Source: Eledone cirrhosa
Taxonomy: Eukaryota
NCBI GenBank assembly: GCA_964016885.1
Contig: OZ024758.1
Coordinates: 27,900,001 to 27,964,000, forward strand
Reading direction: 5' to 3'
DNA length: 64,000 nt
The position numbers were made by a program, and so were the translations under genes. Position 1 is the stretch's first letter. Every line of letters begins with the position of its first letter. Under the pieces are notes generated by a model. The model was not told the origin of the DNA, ran no database searches, and saw only the letters and a program-made list of their open reading frames with translations. Positions 11,820-24,100 of this stretch are shown here, piece by piece.

Positions 11820-14017
11820 ATAGATGGTACCAGATGCACAATAACATGTGTGGTGGATGTGAGACAGGAGTTTCTGACAGTAATGTGTACCATATAGGCA
11901 GTACCAGATGTACAATAACATATGGAGGAGGTGAGCCAGGAGTTTCTGACAGTAATGTGTACCATATAGGTGGTACCAGATGTACAATAACATATGGAGG
12001 AGGTGAGCCAGGAGTTTCTGACAGTAATGTGTACCATATAGGTGGTACCAGATGTACAATAACATGTGTGGAGGAGATGAGACAGGAGTTTCTGACAGTA
12101 ATGTGTACCATATAGATGGTACCAGATGTACAATAACATGTGTGGTGGAGGTGAGACAGGAGTTTCTGACAGTAATGTGTACCATATAGGTGGTACCAGA
12201 TGTACAATAACATATGGAGGAGGTGAGACAGGAGTTTCTGACAGTAATGTGTACCATATAGGTGGTACCAGATGTACAATAACATGTGTGGTGGATGTGA
12301 GACAGGAGTTTCTGACAGTAATGTGTACCATATAGATGGTACCAGATGTACAATAACATGTGTGGTGGATGTGAGACAGGAGTTTCTGACAGTAATGTGT
12401 ACCATATAGATGGTACCAGATGTACAATAACATGTGTGGTGGATGTGAGACAGGAGTTTCTGACAGTAATGTGTACCATATAGATGGTACCAGATGTACA
12501 ATAACATATGGAGGAGGTGAAACAGGAGTTTCTGACAGTAATGTGTACCATATAGATGGTACCAGATGTACAATAACATGTGTGGTGGATGTGAGACAGG
12601 AGTTTCTGACAGTAATGTGTACCATATAGATGGTACCAGATGTACAATAACATATGGAGGAGGTGAGGCAGGAGTTTCTGACAGTAATGTGTACCATATA
12701 GGTGGTGCCAGATGTACAATAACATATGGAGGAGGTGAGACAGAAGTTTCTGACAGTAATGTGTACCATATAGGTGGTACCAGATGTACAATAACATGTG
12801 TGGAGGAGGTGAGACAGGAGTTTCTGACAGTAATGTGTACCATATAGGTGGTGCCAGATGTACAATAACAAGTGTGGAGGAGGTGAGACAGGAGTTTCTG
12901 ACAGTAATGTGTACCATATAGGTGGTGCCAGATGTAGAATAACATATGGAGGAGGTGAGACAGGAGTTTCTGACAGTAATGTGTACCATATAGGTGGTAC
13001 CAGATGTACAATAACATGTGTGGAGGAGGTGAGACAGGAGTTTCTGACAGTAATGTGTACCATATAGGTGGTGCCAGATGTACAATAACATATGGAGGAG
13101 GTGAGACAGAAGTTTCTGACAGTAATGTGTACCATATAGGTGGTACCAGATGTACAATAACATATGGAGGAGGTGAGACAGGAGTTTCTGACAGTAATGT
13201 GTACCATATAGGTGGTGCCAGATGTACAATAACATATGGAGGAGGTGAGACAGAAGTTTCTGACAGTAATGTGTACCATATAGGTGGTGCCAGATGTACA
13301 ATAACATATGGAGGAGGTGAGACAGAAGTTTCTGACAGTAATGTGTACCATATAGGTGGTGCCAGATGTACAATAACATATGGAGGAGGTGAGACAGAAG
13401 TTTCTGACAGTAATGTGTACCATATAGGTGGTACCAGATGTACAATAACATGTGTGGAGGAGGTGAAACAGGAGTTTCTGACAGTAATGTGTACCATATA
13501 GGTGGTACCAGATGTACAATAACATGTGGTGGAGGTGAGACAGGAGTTTCTGACAGTAATGTGTACCATATAGGTGGTGCCAGATGTACAATAACATATG
13601 GAGGAGGTGAGACAGGAGTTTCTGACAGTAATGTGTACCATATAGGTGGTGCCAGATGTACAATAACATATGGAGGAGGTGAGACAGGAGTTTCTGACAG
13701 TAATGTGTACCATATAGGTGGTGCCAGATGTACAATAACATATGGAGGAGGTGAGACAGGAGTTTCTGACAGTAATGTGTACCATATAGGTGGTACCAGA
13801 TGTACAATAACATGTGTGGAGGAGGTGAGACAGGAGTTTCTGACAGTAATGTGTACCATATAGATGGTGCCAGATGTACAATAACATATGGAGGAGGTGA
13901 GACAGGAGTTTCTGACAGTAATGTGTACCATATAGGTGGTGCCAGATGTACAATAACATGTGGAGGAGGTGAGACAGGAGTTTCTGACAGTAATGTGTAC
14001 CATATAGGTGGTGCCAG
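11820..14017. repeat. 72/74-bp minisatellite, about 30 copies
   Basis: Unit ggtggtaccagatgtacaataacatatggaggaggtgagacaggagtttctgacagtaatgtgtaccatata. Confidence 0.97.
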
Positions 14018-14216
14018 AAATAGCTGTCAAAACGGTTTGAGCTCTGCCGTCGGGGTCATACTTTTTCCTATATATATATAGAGAGAGAGAGACTGTGGTG
14101 ATGAGACCGGGAAGACCACTAATCATGGGAGTACTCAATACATGGGGAGATGCATAGTGGGTATTTTACACATATATATATATATATGTAAAATACCCAC
14201 TATGCATCTCCCCATG

Positions 14217-14280
14217 TATTTTATCTGATGAAATCGTACCAAAGTTCTTTTGGTACCCTTGAAATATATATAATAGAATA
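14217..14280 (+). ncRNA. Minimal type I hammerhead ribozyme motif (Penelope-like)
   Basis: Stem I TATTTTAT; CTGATGA (14225); stem II gtaccaaa/tttggtac; GAAA (14261); palindromic stem III TATATA; UH = TA; stem I' ATAGAATA; AATAAA at 14277-14282. Confidence 0.7.
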
Positions 14281-14414
14281 AATATGGTTTTATAAATATA
14301 GTTTCCATTTATTTAATATCATTGAATATTTACTCCAGAAGGCTGTCGAGTGCTCTGAACCAGTTATTAACATTTATATTTGTTGTATTTCCAACAAATT
14401 AAATATCCCTTCTA

Positions 14415-14454
<40 letters not shown>

Positions 14455-14479
14455 TGTAATAAACAACATAAGGCAATTA

Positions 14480-14539
14480 TTCCATTTACCAGTGGTTTCT
14501 TAAAAGCAAAAAATTTTGCTTTCAATCCTCAGAATGAAA
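14480..14539 (-). ncRNA. Mirror copy of the hammerhead motif at 14558-14617
   Basis: Left arm of the perfect 95-bp inverted repeat 14449-14543/14554-14648. Confidence 0.65.
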
Positions 14540-14557
14540 AAATTCAGACCAGTATTT

Positions 14558-14617
14558 TTTCATTCTGAGGATTGAAAGCAAAATTTTTTGCTTTTAAGAA
14601 ACCACTGGTAAATGGAA
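14558..14617 (+). ncRNA. Minimal type I hammerhead ribozyme motif
   Basis: TTTCATT; CTGAGGA (14565); stem II ttgaaagcaaaa/ttttgcttttaa; GAAA (14598); CCAcTGG; TA (GUA triplet); AATGGAA. Confidence 0.7.
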
Positions 14618-14710
14618 TAATTGCCTTATGTTGTTTATTACATAACTATTAAGCTCTGTTACCTACATAGAGCACTCTTTTTTCCTGGACTTTTCCGACG
14701 GAATTACTTC

Positions 14711-14785
<75 letters not shown>

Positions 14786-14999
14786 CATCATCATCATCAT
14801 CATCATCATCATCGTTTAACGTCTATTTTCTACGCTAGCATGGGTCTATTTATATGTATGAACAATTATAGTGATATATGTTATATAATAGTTCGAACAT
14901 TTATATAAAATGTATATTTTAGTATAAGAGGCAGCGAATTTGTAATTTAAGAAGTAAATTCTGCTAGATAATTATTTTTTCATAAGGAAAATTAAGTGC

Positions 15000-15140
15000 C
15001 GGTGTCATTCGAGTAATCTCCCTTGTGGAACTCACCTGCCACGTCCACATTGTATTGCTGGAGGAAATATCAGTTGTCGCGCAATAATTTTGATTTCGGG
15101 GGTGTATTTCTTTACTAGTCGTATATATTAACTATCCAAT
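15000..15140 (+). promoter_or_regulatory. SEC13 promoter/5'UTR with CREB3/CrebA-like site TGCCACGTC (15037-15045)
   Basis: Locally CpG-containing, non-repeat sequence directly upstream of the ATG exon; motif read from the sequence. Confidence 0.5.
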
Positions 15141-15143
15141 ATG
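15141..15143 (+). CDS. SEC13: SEC13 coding exon 1 (ATG only)
   Basis: caatATG|gtaagt is a consensus donor in phase 0 with exon 2, in a locally CpG-containing region. Human SEC13 exon 1 also encodes only the Met. Confidence 0.8.
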
Positions 15144-15618
15144 GTAAGTCAATTTCATTACATTTATACATTCTTTTTATTTCATAATACAGGAAGAAAT
15201 AAATCGCGTTAGATGGTTGACATTAAATATTTGACATCTGTCAACCGGTGTAACGAGACACCGTGGCATTTTGTAGATGTTGATTTTTTAAAAAAATTAT
15301 ATTTAATTGTTATTTTTTGAAGAAATTATTTTCGTTTTTGTAATTTTTATCAATATTTTGTTCACAATTACGAGCGTGAATGTTACTAAAAGGAATATTA
15401 TTCGCCTAAAATGTTCCCAGAAATAAATGTAGTTGTTTAGCTTTGCTCGTGCAGACCTTTCATTAATAACAGGATCTCTGAGAGGAATTGAGAATCCTCG
15501 ACAATAGAACTGGAATGGGATAAGAAAACGAAAATACTCTGTTAAATTCATCGTATTCTTTGCGTATATACACGTTAGGGTCAAGATTTGTTTGATTGAT
15601 GGTACCCCCCGTCGGCTC

Positions 15619-15655
<37 letters not shown>

Positions 15656-18600
15656 AACCAGTAAGACCCCGACAGCTGAGCTCAAGCCGTTTCGACGGCT
15701 AATTCTGGACTGAATTAGCCGTCGAAACGGCTTGAGCTCAGCTGTCGGGGTCTTACTGGTTCCTATTACCCACTCTACTACCTCAAGTATTGAGTACTTT
15801 GGTGCGTTATGGTCCACCTGGTTCCTTACCACATTTCCTTCGTTATATATATATATATATATATATTATTATTATACTTTGGTAGTGTCATGCTGCCAAT
15901 ATATATATATTGTCAATGATACCCGAAGAATTTTATCAAAGTTGTATAAAAAGTCTTTCAACATGTGAAAACCAGTCATCAATATATATAAACTAGTCAT
16001 CAATATATATAAACCAGTCATCAATATATATAAACTAGTCATCAATATATATAAACTAGTCATCAATATATATATTTTATGTATGGTCATTTGGTACCTG
16101 GTAAGGGTATTTAGACTGATACCAAGGTAGAGATGATCCTCTTCTGAGTATCGAGCACTTGTTATCGATCCCTCCCAGATGGGCATCAATAGGAGAAGAA
16201 GCGATAGTTAAACTTGAGCGTATGGCTGGTCTACTCCTTCTCGAGCCCTGACTTAATTAAGACTAAGCATTATCCGAGATTCCAGGAAATCCTCAAGTCT
16301 TAGTACAATATACACTCAGTAACCCGTCCCCACCTCACACAGGTCCCAATTAAAGTAATTCCAGTTGTGAAAATTTCGTCTTTTATGTGAGATCCAGCTT
16401 CTATTCCCCGTTTGGCCGAATGCAGTAGTTATTGTTTGAGTCTTTAGATCATAGAACAAAACAACTTGCGATACTTCTTTTGGTTCTCTGTGTTCTGAGT
16501 TCAATAACTTACCAGTCCAGGGTAGTGAATTGGCAGAAGTGTCAAAGCAGCGGACGAGATGCCTTGTGGTATTCGTTCCGGCACTTTACGTTTTGTGTAC
16601 AAATCCCAGACCTGCCAACCTCTAAAAGGCCAAACGTGTCTGAGAAGGTGTGGTGGTGATAATCAGGGCTAAGAGAACAGGTGCCAGCCATTTAATGGAA
16701 ATAACAGTAACAATTAGAAAACTAAAATAAACAGCTTGTTTTAGTATCACATTTGAATCCTTAAAAAATTGAAACAAGGGTATTTAAAAATATTTCCTGA
16801 AAGTAAACAACACTATACGAATTATTTCCTTATTGATTTCACAGTACCTTCATTATTTTCTAATAGATCCGTTTTAATCCCTACAATTCTTTCAACTAGA
16901 AAAAATGTCTTTAAAAAATGTTGTTGTTTTTTTATGTAGATATATAAATAAAAGAAAAAAAACACTTCTAATTAATCTAACAGAAAGAAATTTACAATGT
17001 GACCAGCTAAGATAATGTTTAGTCAGGGAGGGATGGGCAGTGCCAATGACTATTTTCGGAGCATCCAAGACTAGTGGAAGGGAAACTTGACAGACTGTGA
17101 ACTCCACTAAAGGTCCTCAAATGTCAGGTGCTGGTTTTAAATTTGGGCGACGGATTAAGTGTACCACCCAACTAGGTCATAGCAGGATTTCAGACCTGTC
17201 AACTCTCCCTGTCCAATGTGGAGATCTCCCACCTACTTTGATGTGGATGAGTACTTTGGCCTCATGACACTCTCAGGAATATGTGGATGAAAAATAAGAC
17301 TAATTGTTTGATTGTTAAAATTATTTTTTATTTAAAATTAATTTTCTTGGTTTTAATTAGAAGCTGATTAATATTATTTGTTATTTTTATCTTTTAAATT
17401 CTGTTTTCTACCCTTTTAGGTATCTGTCATCAACTCAGTTGATACAGCTCATGAAGATATGATTGTGAGTAAAGTTATTTTTTAAATAATACGATAAACC
17501 CACTCAGTAAAATTATTTAACCCTTTAACATTTGCATTATTCTCTCTCTATATATACTATTATATTTTTATGGTAAACACTTTATCTCAAATAATATCGA
17601 ATCTATGAGATTTTGATATTATTTATTTTGAGAACAATGCCTTAACATAAGTATGAGCAGCCAGTTATGACTGGTTTGAACAGAAAGTGGTGACAGAATT
17701 CTGACCGGATACAGCTAGTTTAAATGCTAAAGGGTTAAATAACACAACAAATGCACCCAGTATAATTTTTTAAATAACACAATAAGTGCACCCAGTACCT
17801 GCTGTAATGTGGTTGGTGATAGGAAGGGCATCGAGCTGTAGAAAACTTGACAAGCAGAGGGTTGTGAGGGCACTGAGTTGTGTCAAGGACGTGACAGCCT
17901 CCGTAGTGTTGGTGATCTACATGATAAACACACCCAATACATTCTGTGGTTGGTGATAGGAAGCCTTCGAGTTGTAGAAAGCTGACCAAACAAATGGTTG
18001 GGAAAGCACTGAGTTGTGTTAAAGACGTGACAGCCTGTCCTGTGCACTTGGTAGTACATGAGACTGGACATAAGTGAGAGGACAGATCCTTGGCTTGTCT
18101 GGAAAATCAGTGGCCCCACTACAGTACTGACTTGATTTATGTAGACCCAGCCAACCCATGCTAGCAAGGAAAGCAGATGTTAAAATGACGATGATGTTGC
18201 TTAACCCATTAAGTAGCCCCACCTGAATGAACCTTTGGTTAAAAATATCCCAGTTGTAACCATTCAATATTTTTGTATATTGAAAACATTGTCCAATGTG
18301 TCCATTATTTAAGACAGTAGAGTGGGATTTGATGGAAATTTGGCAGCTATTTCTAGCTGGTTGAGTGACCACATAGAGGTTTTATTGACAGACCTCTTGC
18401 TAGCAGGGAAAACTGATGTTAATGATGAGATATATATATATATATTCACATACACACACATATGTACACACACACACACATATATATATACATATATACA
18501 CATCACCCGAAATTATGACACGTTTATGGTAATACAGGAAATAATATATCAATATACATACATATATATATATATATATATACTCATATATAAAGGCACA

Positions 18601-19671
18601 TGGCTTAGTGGTTAGAGCATTGGGGTGGTGTGTTGTTTCCTTGAGCAAGACACTTTATTTCACATTGCTCCAGTTTACTCAGCTGTAGAAATGAGATAAT
18701 AGGACTGGGGTCCCTATCATTCCGCTGCAAAGTGGTCGTGGAGGTGCCACGGCAAAAAAGCACCCAGCACTCACTGTAAAGTGGATGTGTAGGCGCCACG
18801 GAAAAAATCACCCACCACTCATTGTAAATGAGGTTGGTATTAGGAAGGGCATCCAGCTGTAAAAATCAAGTCAGAATCAGTTCCCGTATGAGCAAGACAA
18901 GGTCAGCCGACCGGACACTGCCCACAACAGGACAACCCGTCTAACCCATGCTAGCGTGGAAGAACGGACGTAAAACGGTGATGATGGTGATGATGATGAT
19001 GATATATATATATATACATACAGGCACACATACACAGTCCATTAACACAATTGAGATACACACACATATTTACAGAATATCTCTCTCTCCCTAAAAATAA
19101 TTTTGTTCTGTGTGAAAAAACACACCTACCACTGCTGCTGCTACTACTATGACTACACCTCTCTCTATACACAAGATTTCATTTTTCCAGTCTCCTTCTC
19201 AACAAGGAAGATGAAAAAAACTTGCCTCCACACTTAATTTTAAATCTTTAATTTTTAGTTTTTTAATTCTTCTTAATTCTTTTTAATTGTAATTCTCAAC
19301 ACTTGATAAGAAGAATTTTACTAATACATCGAAACCGGTAATACTTTATAACTTTATATACATTATATACTTTCGATAAAATGAAGTACCAGTAATGCAC
19401 TGGGTAATTGCTGGCCTTGTGCCTAACGTAGAAACAATTATATACTTTATATACATTATATACTTTATAATCATTATCTACTTTATATACTTTATACATT
19501 ATATACTATATATACTTTATATACTTTACATACATTAAATACTTTATATACTTTCTAAAACTCTTGTTTAAAAGAATTGTCCCTCATTTTTTCAATAATG
19601 TCACTTTGACGAATCAAAAGAAAGGAAAAAAAAGAAAAACAGCCCCTTAAATATATGCTATTTCCAATTTC

Positions 19672-19711
<40 letters not shown>

Positions 19712-20022
19712 AATAAATAAAATCATCATCATCATCATTTTACGTCCGCTTTTCCCTGCTTGCAATATATATATATATATATATACATACACACACATGC
19801 CTATAATATATTATTATAGAAATGACTTCTACTAGACTAAAACTTTTATTTGTAAGAAATCATCAGGAAAGACTTTCCTGATGATTTTTTTTACAAATGA
19901 AACAGATCTAGTCCTGTGGAAGTCTTTCTATAAAAAAATAAAAATGCCGATGCTCTGCTAACGAATTGAGTATCTTTTGTAACTGTAGTTATCTCCTGAT
20001 ATACATCAGGAATCCACCTGTG

Positions 20023-20081
<59 letters not shown>

Positions 20082-21124
20082 TGTCAACAGTTTAGATGTG
20101 GATGACACATGTAAACTCACATATCTGAGATGTTGAATAAGTGTTGGGCTCCAATTGCCTTGAACACACCCGAGCTGAACGATATAGAAACAATTGTAAT
20201 AGGCAAATAAAGTTTCTACACAAGCTGCAAATCACACACACTCTCTCTCTCTCTCTCTCTCTTTCTATATATATATATATATGATGTGTTGTTTCCTTGA
20301 GCAAGACACTTTATTTCACATTGCTCCAGTTCAATCAGCTGTAGAAATGAGATGATAGGGACTGGAGTCTCTATCATTCCACTGCAAAGTGGTCGTGGAG
20401 GTGCCATGCCAAAAAAGTACCCAGCCCACACTGTAAAGTGGACGTGTAGGCGCCACGGGAAAAAAAAGGCACCCAGCACTCACTGTAAATGAGGTTGGTG
20501 TTAGGAAGGGCATCCAGCTGTAGAAATCAAGCCAGAATCAGTTCCCGTCCCACCCTTGCAAGCAGGGAAAAGTGGACGTAAAATGAAATGATGAATGATG
20601 ATACCCATGTGTGTGAGAGAGAGAGAGAGAAATAGTAACCATTATCAAAAAGTATTTTGAATATACTTCTGAAAAAGATTTAATGAACTTTTATGATGAG
20701 TTATATTATATTTTGAAACCTGTTTATTTGTCACATTAAACAAGCATAATTTTTCTCTTCAGCATGATGCTCAAATGGATTATTATGGCAATAAGTTAGC
20801 CACATGTTCTTCTGATAAATCTGTGAAAATATTTGATGTCAGAAATGGCAGTCAGACACTTCAGGCTGATTTAAAAGCGTAAGTATTTGATAGAAAACTA
20901 ACATTCTCATTGCTATTTACTAGGGTCAGCTGAAATGTTCATAGGCTGACCAAGATATTCTCATGAAATATATATATATGGAGGTTTATTTTTTCAGCAT
21001 AGTCTCCAGAAAGAAACAATGCAGTGATTAATAAGAAGAGTTGAAATTAATGCATGCAAGATTTCACAGCTTTAACATCACTCTTTCATAGTCAGCCTAT
21101 GAACTTTTCAGCCAACCTTTGTGC

Positions 21125-21163
<39 letters not shown>

Positions 21164-24100
21164 AAGTTGTATTCCTGTCTGTTTGTTTGTTCACGAACTC
21201 CTCCTATAGTTTTGGAGATAGACCCCCATAACCATATGTATTCTGAAACTACATTGCCCAGGGTACTTGGATAAGTATATTTCATTTTAATCAAAGGGTT
21301 CCCCAGGGCACAAACCCATGCTGAAAATGTTTTCCCTTTGATTTATATGAAATTTAAACCATATGTAAATGTCAAGATATGTTGTCTATTCACAAAATTT
21401 TTGAATTGATATTTTGAAAAAAATTATAAGAAACAAAATAAGAATAAGATTTAATAATTGTTTCTACTTTTGGCACAAGGCCAGCAATTACCCAGTGCAT
21501 TACTGGTACTTTATTTGATCAACCCCGTAAGGATGAAAGGCAAAGTTAACCTCGGCGGGATTTGAATAAGATTTAATAATGTAATTTTGATTTGATATAT
21601 TACAAAAAATAATGTTTTCCAATTTTTGATGCATTACATTTTACATTGAGTAATATTGAAATGCAGAGTTTTACTCCATAAATTATATCACTGATTTAAA
21701 ATCAATCATCATTTTCTTACAAAGAAAATGTGTGAAACGCAGCAAGGCACTGGTAATTCGGCTAGTATTATATATATATATATATATAATAATGAAATGA
21801 CAGGAGGCTGGATTTGTGTAAATCCTTGAAAGGTTTATTATACTATGATCATTTCAATGACCGGGTTCCGTATGAATCCGGTGATATCATCAGGTATTCG
21901 AAATATAATACGTGAATGTAATAGATAAAATCCATGGGGCTGAAAATCGAGGATTTACACAAATCCAGCCTCCTGTCATTTCATTATAATATTTAACTCA
22001 GTAATAGCACCACCAACTACAAAAACAAAGACGGTTGAACTGCCTTACGTTGAGTACTCTCTATATTATTACATTGAGATTGACCATACGGAATTGACCA
22101 GCTCTATACAGTGGTGAACCCCAAACCTGGATATATATATATATATAAAATTAATGGAGATCGCTGGTATTAATTCAACATTCCCCGGCCATCGTCTAGC
22201 TTACTCAATGAATTTGCTGAATTGCAGTAATGGAGTTCCCATCAGCTGTTCATATTTAGTTTTAGTGCACATATTTAGTTTTAGCAGATGCGGTGGCGAT
22301 GTTTAGGTAGAGAGAAAGGTGAAATTCTCATCCTTTGGACGATATTGTTTCTGTGTAACATATCTTCACAAATGCCAATATAGATCCTCAAAGTTCAGAA
22401 AATCACGTAATATGTGCAGACATTTACACAATTGGGTTGTTATATTCATCAGCAGGGAAGCCCAAGTCACACGTTAGTTTGATACAGGGTGTGTTAGCCA
22501 TTGCCTCAGGATATGGAATCCAGTAGTCCTAGCTAATTTTACATCCTGTCTCTGAAAGGGGAAGGAACATATCGCAGACTAAAACATGTGACTTAGTAGC
22601 TAAATTCAAACAAAGGAATTCGCGCCAAGTAAAGAACTCAACTAGCCAATCACATATATACATATATATCATCATCATCATCATCATTTTATGTCCGCTT
22701 TTCCCTGCTTGCAAGGGTTGGACGGGTCCTATTCAGCACAGCATCTCTCCACTTGTCACGGTCCTTCGGAAAAGTTCATAGGCTGACAAGAATACTCTCA
22801 TGGAATGACCAAATGAAGTTTATTTTTCAACATTAGTCCCTTGAAAGAAACAATGCAGTTATTAATAAGAAAAGTTGAAATTAATGCTTGCAAGATTTCA
22901 CAGTTCTAACATCAATCCTTTATAGTCAGTCTATGAAGTTTTCAGCCTACCCTTGTACTATAAAATGTTGTTGGATTAAGTTCCGTTTTTGACAGAGGAG
23001 ATACAATCTCTCAGATGGCACCAACCATGTTATAGATGAACTAAAGATCTAATTGTTTAAAGCCTTGATATATTCAATTTAGTAATCTAAACTATAATAA
23101 AGTAAGGAGTGCGGGACTGCGTACAGTTTATAATTTTTTTATTCCATTAGTAAAATAAGTTGGATTACTTTGAATAAATAATGAATGAATATTACATAAT
23201 TTATCTACTAAATTTCGTGGCTGTTGATTAAATATATTTTATTATTTATTTAAAGATTCACTTCTTTAAAATTTTCAAATGTCAACACTTCCGGTTAGCG
23301 ATCACTTAAATAAACATACATATATTTCCATCACTAATTTTCTCCTAATGCAGTTTATATATAATATCATCTTTTTTTAATGTATCATGGATTACGTTAC
23401 TGATTACATAAGACAGTGTAACACAGTCTTTGTTCAATTTCTGTGGATATTGTCAATTACGATTTTATTTGATGTATCATATCTACATGCATATATACTT
23501 GCGTATAATATCAATATACACACTACACATGCTTGCAGAAAACCACCCGAAGTTGTTTTAATGAAAGCTTGAGTTTAACTTTTTGCATATAGTAACTGAA
23601 ATTTTTCTTATAAACTCTCTTTAGCCATGATGGACCTGTCTGGCAGCTAGCCTGGGCACACCCTATGTTTGGATGTTTGCTAGCATCTTGTAGTTATGAT
23701 CGTAAAGTCATAATATGGAAAGAGACCAATGGAACGTGGGCCAAACTCTACGAATATTCAAATCATGACTCTTCAGGTAAAATAACATTGTTAAAAAAAA
23801 ATCTTAAATGTCATTAAGTGTGTAGAATCTGTTGATTAGAACTTTTATTTGCCACCCTGCCATACAACTCTCATGAGGACAAGCTGTAGCATATGTCCAG
23901 TGAAGCCTCCTTTAAATCCACACTGTAAAATGGTTGTGATGCCGACACAGCAAAAAAGCACCCAACGCACACTGTAAATGTGGTTGGCATTCGGAAGAGC
24001 CTCCAGCTGTGGAAACCAAGCCAGAATCAGTAATGTGTGAACAAGACCCAACATGTCACCTGACCCAACTTGCCTCAAACAGGACAACCCATCTAACCCA

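Noticed and set aside
11744-14138. Three 689-786 aa ORFs
   Set aside because: Translations of a 72/74-bp tandem repeat with free frame switching; no sign of coding constraint
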